Shown here one piece after another: positions 1 through 9,225 of a stretch of DNA of 62,823 nt. Origin of the DNA: an uncultured Pirellulales bacterium (GTDB lineage: Bacteria; Planctomycetota; Planctomycetia; Pirellulales; S012-138). The stretch spans positions 578 through 63,400 of the forward strand of contig CAZEEG010000006.1 in the NCBI GenBank assembly GCA_964511065.1, in the 5' to 3' direction. Numbering within the stretch: the stretch's first letter is position 1; every line of letters begins with the position of its first letter. The notes under the pieces are model-generated. The model searched no databases, was not told the DNA's origin, and saw only the letters and a program-made list of their open reading frames with translations. The position numbers and the translations under genes were made by a program.

Positions 1-1
1 T

Positions 2-337
2 CTTGATCGCCTCCTCAAGCGCTTTCACGCGCTCTTCCAGGTCGTCGTCTGGTTTTTGCTGGTCGTCCTCTTTCCCGCTATCGCTTTCGCTCGCTTTTTC
101 GCTTGAGCTGCCGTTGTCGCTGCCATCGCCGGCGCCATTCTCTCCATTTGGCGGTTCAGGCAGGCGGCCGGGTGGTTCCCCCCTGGGTGGCGGCAACGAT
201 GGCGGTTGAAAAATCGAATGCCCGGTGCTGTGCGGCACCGTTTGAGCCTGCGCGGCACCAGCCAGCCAACTGGCCAGAAGCGTCCATACCAGGAGGTGCC
301 GTGCGATCGGCCGGGTCATACGTCGCAGTTTATCCAT
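2..337 (-). CDS. Secreted or outer-membrane protein, N-terminal part only (runs off the left edge); possibly a porin-type protein
   Basis: Not in the ORF track. Manual minus-strand translation from ATG at 337: MDKLRRMTRPIARHLLVWTLLASWLAGAAQAQ (signal peptide with an AQA site), a Pro/Gly/Ser/acidic linker, then coiled-coil-like DDDLEERVKALEEAIK, open to the edge. Porin identity is a guess. Confidence 0.65.
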   Translation of the reverse strand, partial: MDKLRRMTRPIARHLLVWTLLASWLAGAAQAQTVPHSTGHSIFQPPSLPPPRGEPPGRLPEPPNGENGAGDGSDNGSSSEKASESDSGKEDDQQKPDDDLEERVKALEEAIK

Positions 338-1040
338 GAAGCCGATTGCATTTCCGAGCGTTTGCCATCTGGCGGCGCTTGCCAGGCATGGCGTACGGGT
401 ATGTTGGCTGGGCTTTAACCTGGCTGTGAAACGACCGAACCGTTCAAGCCACTGGGGGCGGACATCGCAGCCCGGATCGTTGCGATCCATCCGTTCGGTC
501 GTAGCCGTTTCTTCGGCACGACCGGCACGACGAGAATATGAAGTACTGATGAAGCTCACCCTGTGAGTCACTTCAAGCAGACTGAAATCGGTAAGGATTG
601 ACGTTTTGGCGAATCATGACGCGGTGCCATCGTGCGCAGGGCGAACCATTGGCGCGAATTGGTACAAGGTTCGAACCGTTATGCGCGGCAACTTGAGACC
701 AGCCCCTAGGGCCGTCAAACTCGGCGCCCGGTAGTGACGACTGTATCGGTTATGCCGAAAATGCCGCCGAATGCTCCCTGCGCCGGGAAGCCAGCATTTA
801 AGGCCCCGTTGGGAGCGCTAGCCGCCTTCGGATACCACCATTCGCCGGGAAGGTCAGGCTGGTGACCCCGTTGTGCCGGTTGCGCCGGTCACTCGGCGGC
901 AGCGGTCCAAAGGCAAGCCAGCGGCGCTGGACCGCCGAAGATGAGCGATGGACGGGTGAACCTCGGAGTGTTGGTTTGCCCGCCCGGCGCGGCAATGGCC
1001 GCAGCATGATGGAGGCCCGCGCAGGAGGAGGCATCGGCTT

Positions 1041-1733
1041 ATGTTCTTGGGACGCTCGGCAACGCTCGTGGCGATGGCCGCCGGAGCGGTGGGTATCCCT
1101 TACGTGGTGTCCGAGTCTGGCATCTCCGGTACCGAACAGGCGGCCGTGGTCGAGCATTTCGATGCCGCTGGTTTGGACGGCGCTGCGACCGGTGCCGCGG
1201 CGGCGCCGCATCTGCCGCCGCAAGCGGGTGCCGCGCCTGCGTTGACCGGCAGCCTCAGCGGCGACCTGGCCGAACCCTTCCGCTTTGAAATCACTCCCGA
1301 CTGGGTGATGCGGCGCTGGCACCGCGTTTCGACGATCTCGAATCAGCCCGAGTTGCAAGGGTATCGCGTGCCGCTGGTGACGGGGACACGCGAGCACGAC
1401 CTGGCTGGCTCGCTGACTTATTTCTTTGACCGCGATAAGAAGCTCCAACGGATCGTTTTTCACGGTTCGACCGGCAATGCTGTGCCGCTTGTGCAGCGGC
1501 TAATGAGCCTGTATGGCTTCCGCCAGGAAGTGAGCAGCGAGCCGGGATTGTATCTGTACCGCGTCCGGTGGAATGGCAAGCCGGTGAGTGAACTGCAGCT
1601 TCGGCCCGCCAGCGTGGTCGATGCAAACAGCCCGCACGGTCGGGTTGATGTCCACCTGTTGATCGAACGTCCGGCCAAGACGGAATTTTTCACCGGCGGT
1701 TACGAGGGCCGCCCGTTGGACGTGGGCCTATAG
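1041..1733 (+). CDS. Conserved planctomycete hypothetical protein with N-terminal anchor (DUF6690-like)
   Basis: N-terminal hydrophobic AAGAVGIPY, then globular FRFEITPDWVMRRWHRVST...GYRVPLVTGT..DLAGSLTYFFD; family name recalled, not searched. Confidence 0.7.
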   Translation: MFLGRSATLVAMAAGAVGIPYVVSESGISGTEQAAVVEHFDAAGLDGAATGAAAAPHLPPQAGAAPALTGSLSGDLAEPFRFEITPDWVMRRWHRVSTISNQPELQGYRVPLVTGTREHDLAGSLTYFFDRDKKLQRIVFHGSTGNAVPLVQRLMSLYGFRQEVSSEPGLYLYRVRWNGKPVSELQLRPASVVDANSPHGRVDVHLLIERPAKTEFFTGGYEGRPLDVGL

Positions 1734-1873
1734 TGGTCCCCTGGGGGGCTTGGTGCCGCCTGTTTGGGCCGGGACTTGGTTCGCTGCTGCGCCTCTCCTA
1801 GAATTCCCCGAGAGCCGCCCTGGGCCCTTGGGCCCGACCTTTCCGGCGGTTCCACGTCAACGGAGGGTGAACC

Positions 1874-3154
1874 ATGCAGGCTGAATCTTCGGCGGATCTG
1901 GATAGGCTGACCGCAGTTGAAGAAGTCGAAGTCGCGGGCCACATCATCGACAGCCTCATCTTGCCCAAGGTGCTGGATTTGATCACCGGCCATGGAGGGG
2001 CGTTTCAAATCAAGCAGATTTCGATCGGCCAGGCACAGGCCGATCCCAGCTACGCGCTGATCGAGGTGCGGGCCGCCGATCCCGATGCGCTCGCCCATAT
2101 TCTGCACCAGATTGCCGACCACGGTGCGGTGCCGACCGCGGGCGTCGATTGCCGATTGACGCCTGCCGACGTGGCCGGTGCGTTCCCCGAGGGATTTTAC
2201 GCGACCACCAATCAGCGGACGGAAATTCGGCTCGATGGCCAGTGGGTGATGGTCCACGACCAGGAGATGGACTGCGGAATCGTGGTCGATCCGGACCGTC
2301 AACACCCCCGCTGCGTGCCGATGAGCGACATCAACGTGGGTGACCTGGTGGTGGTTGGCCACAGCGGCGTGCGCGTGTTCCCGCACGAGCGGGAAACCGG
2401 ACACCACACCTTCGCCTTTATGAACAGCGCGGTTTCATCGGAGAAACCCAAGGGCCTGGCCATTCGCGATATCGCGCGGCAAATGTTCACCAACCGCCAA
2501 GAGGGCGGCAAGACAGTGCTGGTGGGTGGACCGGCCATTGTCCACACCGGCAGCGGCGAGCACCTGTGCGAGCTGATTCGCCGCGGCTACATCAATCGGC
2601 TGTTCGCCGGTAATGCCCTGGCCACCCACGATATCGAACAAGCCTTGTTCGGTACCAGCTTGGGAGTGCATCTGGAGCACGGCGGACTGATTGAAACTGG
2701 CCACGAACATCACCTGCGGGCCATCAACCGCATCCGCCGGATTGGCAGTATCCGGAAAGCTGTCGAGCAGGGCGTGCTGACGCGCGGCATCATGTACGAA
2801 TGCGTGAAGAACCAGGTCGATTTCCTGCTGGCAGGCAGTATCCGCGACGACGGCCCCCTGCCCGAGGTCATCACCGACGTTCTTGAGGCCCAACGGCAAA
2901 TGCGGGAACAACTGCGCGACGTGAATTTCTGCCTGATGGTGGCCACCACGTTGCACTCCGTAGCCGTGGGCAACCTGCTGCCGGCTTGGGTGAAGGTGAT
3001 TTGTGTGGACATTAACCCTTCGACCGTCATCAAGCTCAACGACCGTGGCAGTTTCCAGACCGTGGGCCTGGTGACCGACGTGGAACCGTTTTTGCGCATC
3101 CTGGTCGATGAGGTCACACGGCTTGAACGGGAAGGAGCGGTCGGCCGGCCATGA
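1874..3154 (+). CDS. TIGR00300 / LOR-SDH family protein, ornithine cyclodeaminase like the C-terminal part of ArgZ/AgrE
   Basis: GHIIDSLIL, PEGFYATTN, QEMDC, FMNSAVSSEKPK, GPAIVHTG, AGNALATHDIE, AGSIRDDGPLP, LHSVAVGN, CVDINP, DRGS motifs; GGAGG upstream. Confidence 0.9.
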   Translation: MQAESSADLDRLTAVEEVEVAGHIIDSLILPKVLDLITGHGGAFQIKQISIGQAQADPSYALIEVRAADPDALAHILHQIADHGAVPTAGVDCRLTPADVAGAFPEGFYATTNQRTEIRLDGQWVMVHDQEMDCGIVVDPDRQHPRCVPMSDINVGDLVVVGHSGVRVFPHERETGHHTFAFMNSAVSSEKPKGLAIRDIARQMFTNRQEGGKTVLVGGPAIVHTGSGEHLCELIRRGYINRLFAGNALATHDIEQALFGTSLGVHLEHGGLIETGHEHHLRAINRIRRIGSIRKAVEQGVLTRGIMYECVKNQVDFLLAGSIRDDGPLPEVITDVLEAQRQMREQLRDVNFCLMVATTLHSVAVGNLLPAWVKVICVDINPSTVIKLNDRGSFQTVGLVTDVEPFLRILVDEVTRLEREGAVGRP

Positions 3155-4023
3155 ACCAACCACACCGGCAAGCTCAGATTCTGATGTGTCCGCCGGACCA
3201 TTACGGGATTGAGTACGAGATCAATCCGTGGATGGACCGAGCGCGCCAGGCCGATCGTGCAGTGGCGGCCCAGCAATGGAGACAGCTTAAGGCCATCTTG
3301 GAGGAAGCCGGGGCGCAGATTCATACGATGCAGCCCGTGGAAGGTCTGCCCGACCTCGTCTTCACGGCCAATGCGGCATTGATCTACGGCGATGCCAGTG
3401 GCGGGAAACTCGCCGTGCTGGCGAACTTCCTTCATCCGCAGCGGCAGGGCGAAACCGAGCACGACGAGCGGTGGTTCAGGGACCACGGTTTCGCGATCGA
3501 GCGGCTTCCCGAGCAATTTGCCTTTGAAGGCGCCGGTGATGCCTTGTTCTGCGGCGATACGCTATTTGCCGGATACCGGATTCGCAGCGACGCGGCCGGG
3601 CATCAGCAGTTGGGGACGATGCTCGCCTGCCGCGTGATCCCCCTGGAACTGGTGGACCATTACTACTACCACCTCGACACCTGCTTCTGCCCTCTCGATC
3701 TGGAAACGGCCATCTACTACCCGGCGGCGTTCGACCAGTACGGGCTCAAAGCGCTGCATGCGCACGTGCCGAATCTGATTGCCGTGGAGGAGGAAGAAGC
3801 CCGACGTTTTGCCTGCAACGCCGTGGTGGTGGGGCGAACCGTCGTGACCAACACGGGCTGCCCCAAGCTGCACCAGGAACTTGGGGCCCGAGGGTTTGAA
3901 CCCAGGGCGACTCCGCTGGATGAATTCGTCAAGGCGGGCGGCAGCGCCAAGTGTCTTACGCTACGTTTAGATGGCGAAGAAGCCGCCGCATGGCGCTACC
4001 GGGAGGCGACCCGATCGGCATAA
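3151..4023 (+). CDS. Amidinotransferase/DDAH-superfamily (pentein) enzyme, arginine dihydrolase-like
   Basis: LMCPPDHY..YEINPWM, PDLVFTANA, FEGAGD, YHLDTCF, GGSAKCLTL (catalytic Cys/His/acid); ATGA overlap with the upstream gene. Confidence 0.9.
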   Translation: MNQPHRQAQILMCPPDHYGIEYEINPWMDRARQADRAVAAQQWRQLKAILEEAGAQIHTMQPVEGLPDLVFTANAALIYGDASGGKLAVLANFLHPQRQGETEHDERWFRDHGFAIERLPEQFAFEGAGDALFCGDTLFAGYRIRSDAAGHQQLGTMLACRVIPLELVDHYYYHLDTCFCPLDLETAIYYPAAFDQYGLKALHAHVPNLIAVEEEEARRFACNAVVVGRTVVTNTGCPKLHQELGARGFEPRATPLDEFVKAGGSAKCLTLRLDGEEAAAWRYREATRSA

Positions 4024-4121
4024 CCGGCACGCGCCGTCGGCATGTCGCGGGAAGCATACGACCGCGTGGCCGATTCTTGATCCGCCCTCCGGTGTTCACT
4101 GCCGAAAGTTGAGTTCTCGCC

Positions 4122-4550
4122 GTGCAGCCCCCCCGCAGTCCGTCGAACCGCGAAATCGCCGACGCCCTCGACGACCAGAAATTGCGTTTCCTGCTGGATG
4201 GACTGGAACGCAACACCTTCCAACTGCCCTATACGTTGCGGCTGGTGGAAGAGACGCGGCCGGTGGAACCGATCCGGGCCGTGGCCTCGCGGGCCACACT
4301 GGTTCGACTGGGGATCGAACTGGCTCAGGCCGCGATGGAAGCCCGGGAGGAAGTCATCCTGGGCGACGATCTGCGGCCGCGAACGGATGCGGGGCAGGGG
4401 CTGGTCCACGTGCTGGTGATGGGCGAAAAGCCCGCAGCGCGCGGCCCGCGCAAAGGCGACCTGGGCTGCTTCTTGCTGATCCTGGCGACCATCGCCATTC
4501 TGGTCCTGGCCGCCATTGGGTTGCTGACCGTGATGGGCTGGGTACGGTAA
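4122..4550 (+). CDS. Hypothetical protein with C-terminal transmembrane anchor
   Basis: 142 aa ORF filling the gap, ending in hydrophobic CFLLILATIAILVLAAIGLLTVMGW. Confidence 0.55.
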   Translation: MQPPRSPSNREIADALDDQKLRFLLDGLERNTFQLPYTLRLVEETRPVEPIRAVASRATLVRLGIELAQAAMEAREEVILGDDLRPRTDAGQGLVHVLVMGEKPAARGPRKGDLGCFLLILATIAILVLAAIGLLTVMGWVR

Positions 4551-4594
4551 TGCCGCCGGGACGGCGATGGCTGACCCACCCTCAATGCACCATG

Positions 4595-4960
4595 TTACGG
4601 CTTGGGGGGATCATGCGGATATTCCACGGTGACGTTGGTTGAGATTCCGCCGCGGGGGGTGAACTTTGCCACCAGGCGCAGCCACTTGGGCTGCATCACG
4701 GCGACCATGTCGTTGAGAATCCGGTTGGTTACGTCCTCGTAGAACGCACCCACGTTGCGGTACTGCTGCAGGTACAGCTTCAGACTCTTCAACTCCACGC
4801 ACCGCTCGGCGGGAAGATACGTAAACGTGAGCGTGCCGAAGTCCGGCTGACCCGTCTTGGGGCAAACCGATGTGAATTCCGGACACACGATCTCAATGGT
4901 GTAATCGCGGTCGGGGTGCGGGTTCTCGAACGTTTCGAGCGTAGAGCGAAAATCGGTCAT
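4595..4960 (-). CDS. queF: NADPH-dependent preQ0 reductase QueF (unimodular type)
   Basis: [22 protein letters not shown] (catalytic Cys), [13 protein letters not shown]; start placed at MTDFRS. Confidence 0.95.
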   Translation of the reverse strand: MTDFRSTLETFENPHPDRDYTIEIVCPEFTSVCPKTGQPDFGTLTFTYLPAERCVELKSLKLYLQQYRNVGAFYEDVTNRILNDMVAVMQPKWLRLVAKFTPRGGISTNVTVEYPHDPPKP

Positions 4961-5095
4961 GGCTGGGTGGGGCAGGTCGCCGCAAGGCAATGGGTACGGG
5001 AAAACTGGGCCGGCGGCATGGCAGCTTCCGGCACGCTATCCCTCATTCTTCCATTGCCGGCCGAATCGAGCCAGGGGGGCCAAGGTAAACGCGGC

Positions 5096-6046
5096 TCAGG
5101 TAATGGCTTTGCTGCCCATGTAGTAGCCCAGGGCGAGCGTCGGAACGATCAGCACGATGACCAGCACACCAGTGAGCCCGCCGACCATGACCTGGCAAAC
5201 CGTGGCATCCAGCACAATCAAGGCCAACAGACAATGCTTGACGGCAAACTGCACTTTGCGCGGTACCGGGTCGAACACGGCCACTAGCGGCCGCCAGATA
5301 ATCAACATGCCCAGCAGCGACATCAGCGAGGCGTAGCGGGTGAGGTTCGCGTCGGGCTGAGGGGCGAACCATAGAGGGAACGAGGCCAGGATGCCAATCC
5401 CCAGCGCCATCACGGCAACGCCCCAGCCCAGCATCAGCCGGTTGCTCACTTGCGACTCGGTTCGGGCGAACCAGGTAACGCCGGCGATGTAGGTGCCAAT
5501 CCCGGCGGCGATCGCATAATGCCAGGGTTGCAGCGACCCGGCGAGCGTGGACATTCCCAGCAGCACGTTCAGGAACCGGCAACTGCCCATCACCAGCGGG
5601 GCCGCGGGCGTGTGTTTCAGCACTTTGTCGTAAAGGACCACGGCCAGGGCCAGTGCCGAGGAGATCAGCCCGGCCCGCCAACTGCTGTCCAGCCAACTGA
5701 CCCCCCAACCAAAAGCCATGCCGATAATGAGAAACTCAAACCCGATCAGCCGGGCCAGTTCGTACGGCACCCGGCCGGAAGGAATGGGCCGCTCGGGCCG
5801 CTCGCGGGCGTCAATCTCAACGTCGTAAACATCGTTGAGCACCATCCCGGCGGTGTACAGAAAACCGCTGGATGCCAGCAGCATCAGCAGGGCGGTTAGC
5901 GAGAAGTAGGGATCGTTCGCGCCGTGCGCAATAAAGTACCCCAACAGGATATCGGCAAACGTGGTGAAAACGGCGGGCAGCCGGAATAGCTGCGCGTAGG
6001 CCAACACCACCGACGAGGATCGTCCTTGGGGGGGCGGGGCATTCAA
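5096..6046 (-). CDS. UbiA-family prenyltransferase (EboC-like)
   Basis: QLFRLPAVFTTFADILLG, GMVLNDVYDVEIDARERPERPIPSG Asp-rich motif, LYDKVLK, GSCRFLNVLLG; multi-TM; start uncertain (TTG near 6046). Confidence 0.85.
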   Translation of the reverse strand: MNAPPPQGRSSSVVLAYAQLFRLPAVFTTFADILLGYFIAHGANDPYFSLTALLMLLASSGFLYTAGMVLNDVYDVEIDARERPERPIPSGRVPYELARLIGFEFLIIGMAFGWGVSWLDSSWRAGLISSALALAVVLYDKVLKHTPAAPLVMGSCRFLNVLLGMSTLAGSLQPWHYAIAAGIGTYIAGVTWFARTESQVSNRLMLGWGVAVMALGIGILASFPLWFAPQPDANLTRYASLMSLLGMLIIWRPLVAVFDPVPRKVQFAVKHCLLALIVLDATVCQVMVGGLTGVLVIVLIVPTLALGYYMGSKAIT

Positions 6047-6225
6047 CGGGCGGCTCGCACAGGTTCGACACAGCGGGAAGCAGACAATCACACGGCAGAC
6101 AACGTTTGGCAGCTTCCATCGCACGTGCCCTTGATCGGCCGGCGATGCCGCCGATGGTGGATTGTAGTCTGGCCGATAACCGGGCATAACCCCTATTGCG
6201 AAAGCCGTCGCCCCGGCGATTGGGC

Positions 6226-7764
6226 CTATCCCGCACTCGGGGACGGGTTTCGGTCCGCTTGCCGCCCACAGCGGCTTTCGGTCATCGCCAGGGCCTTGAG
6301 CAGTCCCCGGGCCTTGTTGAGCGTTTCCTGGTATTCGTTGGCCGGGATGCTGTCGGCCACGATGCCTGCGCCCACCTGGACATAAGCCTGATCGCCCTGG
6401 ATCACCAGCGTTCGCAGGGCAATGCAGGTGTCCATGTTGCCGTTGAAGTCGATATAGCCCACGGCGCCGGCGTAAGGACCGCGGCGCTGGGGCTCCAGTT
6501 CGTCGATAATCTCCATCGCCCGAACCTTGGGAGCGCCCGACACGGTACCGACCGGCAGGCAAGCCCGGAGGGCATCGAACGCGGTGCGCCCTTCATCGAG
6601 CATGCCGCGAACGTTGGACGTGATGTGCATGACGTGGCTATAGCGCTCGATGGTCATCACGTCGGACAGTTCGACGGTGCCAAACCTGGCCACGCGGCCA
6701 ATATCGTTGCGGCCCAGGTCGACCAGCATCACGTGTTCGGCCCGCTCCTTGGGGTCGGCCAGCAGTTCTTCCGCCAGGCGGCGGTCTTCCTCGGGCGTCT
6801 CGCCGCGCGGACGCGTGCCCGCCAACGGCCGGGTGATGACCTCGCCATCCTTCACGCGAACCATGATTTCCGGCGAACTGCCCACCAGCGTCACGCTGGG
6901 CGTGCGCAGATAGAACATAAACGGGCTGGGATTCACCACCCGGAGCGTGCGATAGATCTCCAGCGGCGGGACCGTGATCGTGGTTTGCAAACGCTGGCTG
7001 ATGACGACCTGAAAGATATCGCCGGCGCGAATGTACTCCAGGCACCGTTCGACGGCCGACTCGAAGTCCTCGCGGCGGAAGTTCGACCGCACTTCAAGCT
7101 GCTCAGGGTCCGCATCCACCAGGTCGGCCAGTTGCAGTTCGCTGCCGGGCTTTTCCAACTGTCCGACCAGTTCGTCCACCTGGCCGCATGCCCCATCGTA
7201 CGCGGCCTTCAAGTCGGTGCCCTCGTCGACTTGAGCCAGCACAATCACAAACAGCGTCTTATGGATGTGGTCGAAAACGACCATCGAGCCGTAAAGGGCG
7301 AATGCCATGTCAGGCAGATTTCGCTCATCGGGCGGAGCGTTGGGTAACCGCTCCACGTACCGTACGGTATCGTATCCGGCGTATCCGACCGCACCGCCGC
7401 AAAACGGCGGCAACCCGGGGATGATTGCGGACCGTTGGTTCGCGACCATCGCTTCCAGTTCGGCCAGCGGATCGGCGGCCTCGTACTCGGTGGCCTCGGT
7501 ACTTCCGTCGGCGTTGAGACGAACCCGGCGGACCATATGCCCCCGGGCCTCAAACTGTTCGTACGGATCGGCTGTGAGGAAACTGTAGCGACCGACCTTC
7601 TCACCACCGACCACGCTTTCGAACAAGCAACTGCACGTCCCGCGATCGATCTTGAGGAACGCAGAAACCGGCGTTTGCGTGTCGGAAAGCAGCTTGCGAT
7701 AGACCGGCACCAGGTTGGCTTTGCTCGCCAGCGCTTGGAACTGCTCGAAACTGGGAAAGTGCAT
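6226..7764 (-). CDS. trpE: Anthranilate synthase component I
   Basis: [77 protein letters not shown]. Confidence 0.93.
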   Translation of the reverse strand: MHFPSFEQFQALASKANLVPVYRKLLSDTQTPVSAFLKIDRGTCSCLFESVVGGEKVGRYSFLTADPYEQFEARGHMVRRVRLNADGSTEATEYEAADPLAELEAMVANQRSAIIPGLPPFCGGAVGYAGYDTVRYVERLPNAPPDERNLPDMAFALYGSMVVFDHIHKTLFVIVLAQVDEGTDLKAAYDGACGQVDELVGQLEKPGSELQLADLVDADPEQLEVRSNFRREDFESAVERCLEYIRAGDIFQVVISQRLQTTITVPPLEIYRTLRVVNPSPFMFYLRTPSVTLVGSSPEIMVRVKDGEVITRPLAGTRPRGETPEEDRRLAEELLADPKERAEHVMLVDLGRNDIGRVARFGTVELSDVMTIERYSHVMHITSNVRGMLDEGRTAFDALRACLPVGTVSGAPKVRAMEIIDELEPQRRGPYAGAVGYIDFNGNMDTCIALRTLVIQGDQAYVQVGAGIVADSIPANEYQETLNKARGLLKALAMTESRCGRQADRNPSPSAG

Positions 7765-7912
7765 AAACGGTGTGTGGGGTTATTGCTTTCTTGCGCGGCG
7801 AACACCCGCTCTATGTCATACCGCTCGCTGAGATGCCGCCGGTTTCACTGAGAAAACGCCAAACCAGCGGCACTCTTGCGTTCGACGAGCCGTCATGAGG
7901 AAGCCGCAACGC

Positions 7913-8665
7913 TCAATCTTTCTTCTGCGCCTGCGCCGCCACTGCCGCGGCCGCTGCCGCCGCGGCCTCTGGGTCGCCCAGGTAGCCGCGCGAAAGCACG
8001 TTCAAATCGGCATCAAATTCGTAAACCAACGGGATTCCGGTCGGAATGTTCAGGTCGGCAATCTCATCGTCGGAGATGGAGTCCAGGTGCTTGACCAATG
8101 CCCGCAGGCTGTTGCCGTGGGCGGCGATCAGCACGTTCTGACCATCTTTGAGGTGCGGGACGATTTCATTCTGATAGTACGGCAGCACCCGGTCCAAGGT
8201 ATCTTTCAGCGATTCGGTGGCCGGGTATTGATGCGGCTCCAATTGCCGATATCGCGGATCGTGCTTGGGGTGCATCGGGTTGGATTCCTCAAGCGCCGGC
8301 GGGCGAACGTCGTATCCCCGCCGCCATTGATGCACCTGCTCCGGGCCGGCCTTCTCGGCCATTTCGGCCTTGTTCAGCCCTTGAAGCGCGCCGTAGTGGC
8401 GCTCGTTCAGTTGCCACGCCCGAGTCACCGGCACCCACATCCGGTCCATCTCGTCCATGGCGATCCACAGCGTGCGAATGGCCCGCTTCAGGACCGAGGT
8501 ATAGGCGATGGCGAAGTCGATGCCGGCTTCTTTCAGCAGCACGCCGGCTTGTTTGGCCTCCTCGCGTCCCTTGTCGGAAAGGTCGATATCGACCCAGCCC
8601 GTGAAGCGGTTCTCGAGGTTCCAGGCACTTTGACCGTGCCGCAACAGGATCATCTTGGCGGACAT
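7913..8665 (-). CDS. gpmA: 2,3-bisphosphoglycerate-dependent phosphoglycerate mutase
   Basis: [43 protein letters not shown]; start MSAKM. Confidence 0.97.
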   Translation of the reverse strand: MSAKMILLRHGQSAWNLENRFTGWVDIDLSDKGREEAKQAGVLLKEAGIDFAIAYTSVLKRAIRTLWIAMDEMDRMWVPVTRAWQLNERHYGALQGLNKAEMAEKAGPEQVHQWRRGYDVRPPALEESNPMHPKHDPRYRQLEPHQYPATESLKDTLDRVLPYYQNEIVPHLKDGQNVLIAAHGNSLRALVKHLDSISDDEIADLNIPTGIPLVYEFDADLNVLSRGYLGDPEAAAAAAAAVAAQAQKKD

Positions 8666-9225
8666 GGCAATTCTTTCTTTTCTCGTTCGTGGCTTAGCGT
8701 ATAGGTTAAGCGGTGCAGTGTGTCGGGTACCCGCGGTTGGCCCCCGGCCGAATTTCCAGCCAGCCGAGCCAACGGCGCATTTCGTGGCGAACCCAGGCGG
8801 GGGATCGTATTGTCGTCGCTGGTAGAGAACCCTCGGGAGTTGGATTCCCTCCGCTGGCGGGGGGTGGCTGGCCGGCCGTCCAACAGCCTGTTGGGTTGAA
8901 TGGTGACCCCTGGGGCAGCGGTTCGTCAAGCGGGGCAGGCCAGTTGGTCGATAAAACGCCACCATGGCCCGAGTGTCTTTGCTGGCTGGCGGATCGATTG
9001 GAGGTCACCAGGGGCGCCGCCGTGTTGTCCGTGCAATGCTCGCGCCGGTTGTGCAGCGGCCCATCGCGAAAACCCGGCGATTCACCAGCGATGCTCGCCG
9101 GTGCCTCGCCCAGGCAAACCAGGCGCCGATCCAGCGCCCACGGCGGTCCCGGCTCCCTACGCGCGTGCCACCGCACACGGTATGATGGCACGCTTGAACC
9201 GCATGTTCCTTTTGAAGCTAAAGCC

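Noticed and set aside
338-1040. Short ORFs or ncRNA in the first long intergenic region
   Set aside because: No convincing coding features or known RNA motif; consistent with a divergent promoter region
4961-5095. preQ1 riboswitch upstream of queF
   Set aside because: No preQ1 aptamer stem or A-rich 3' tail recognisable
7765-7912. Trp attenuator upstream of trpE
   Set aside because: No leader peptide with tandem Trp codons or terminator seen
8713-9225. In-frame 171 aa N-terminal extension of AlaS, or a T-box leader
   Set aside because: The extension looks non-coding and AlaS homology begins at MKTDELR; no T-box consensus seen. It is the gpmA/alaS divergent intergenic region
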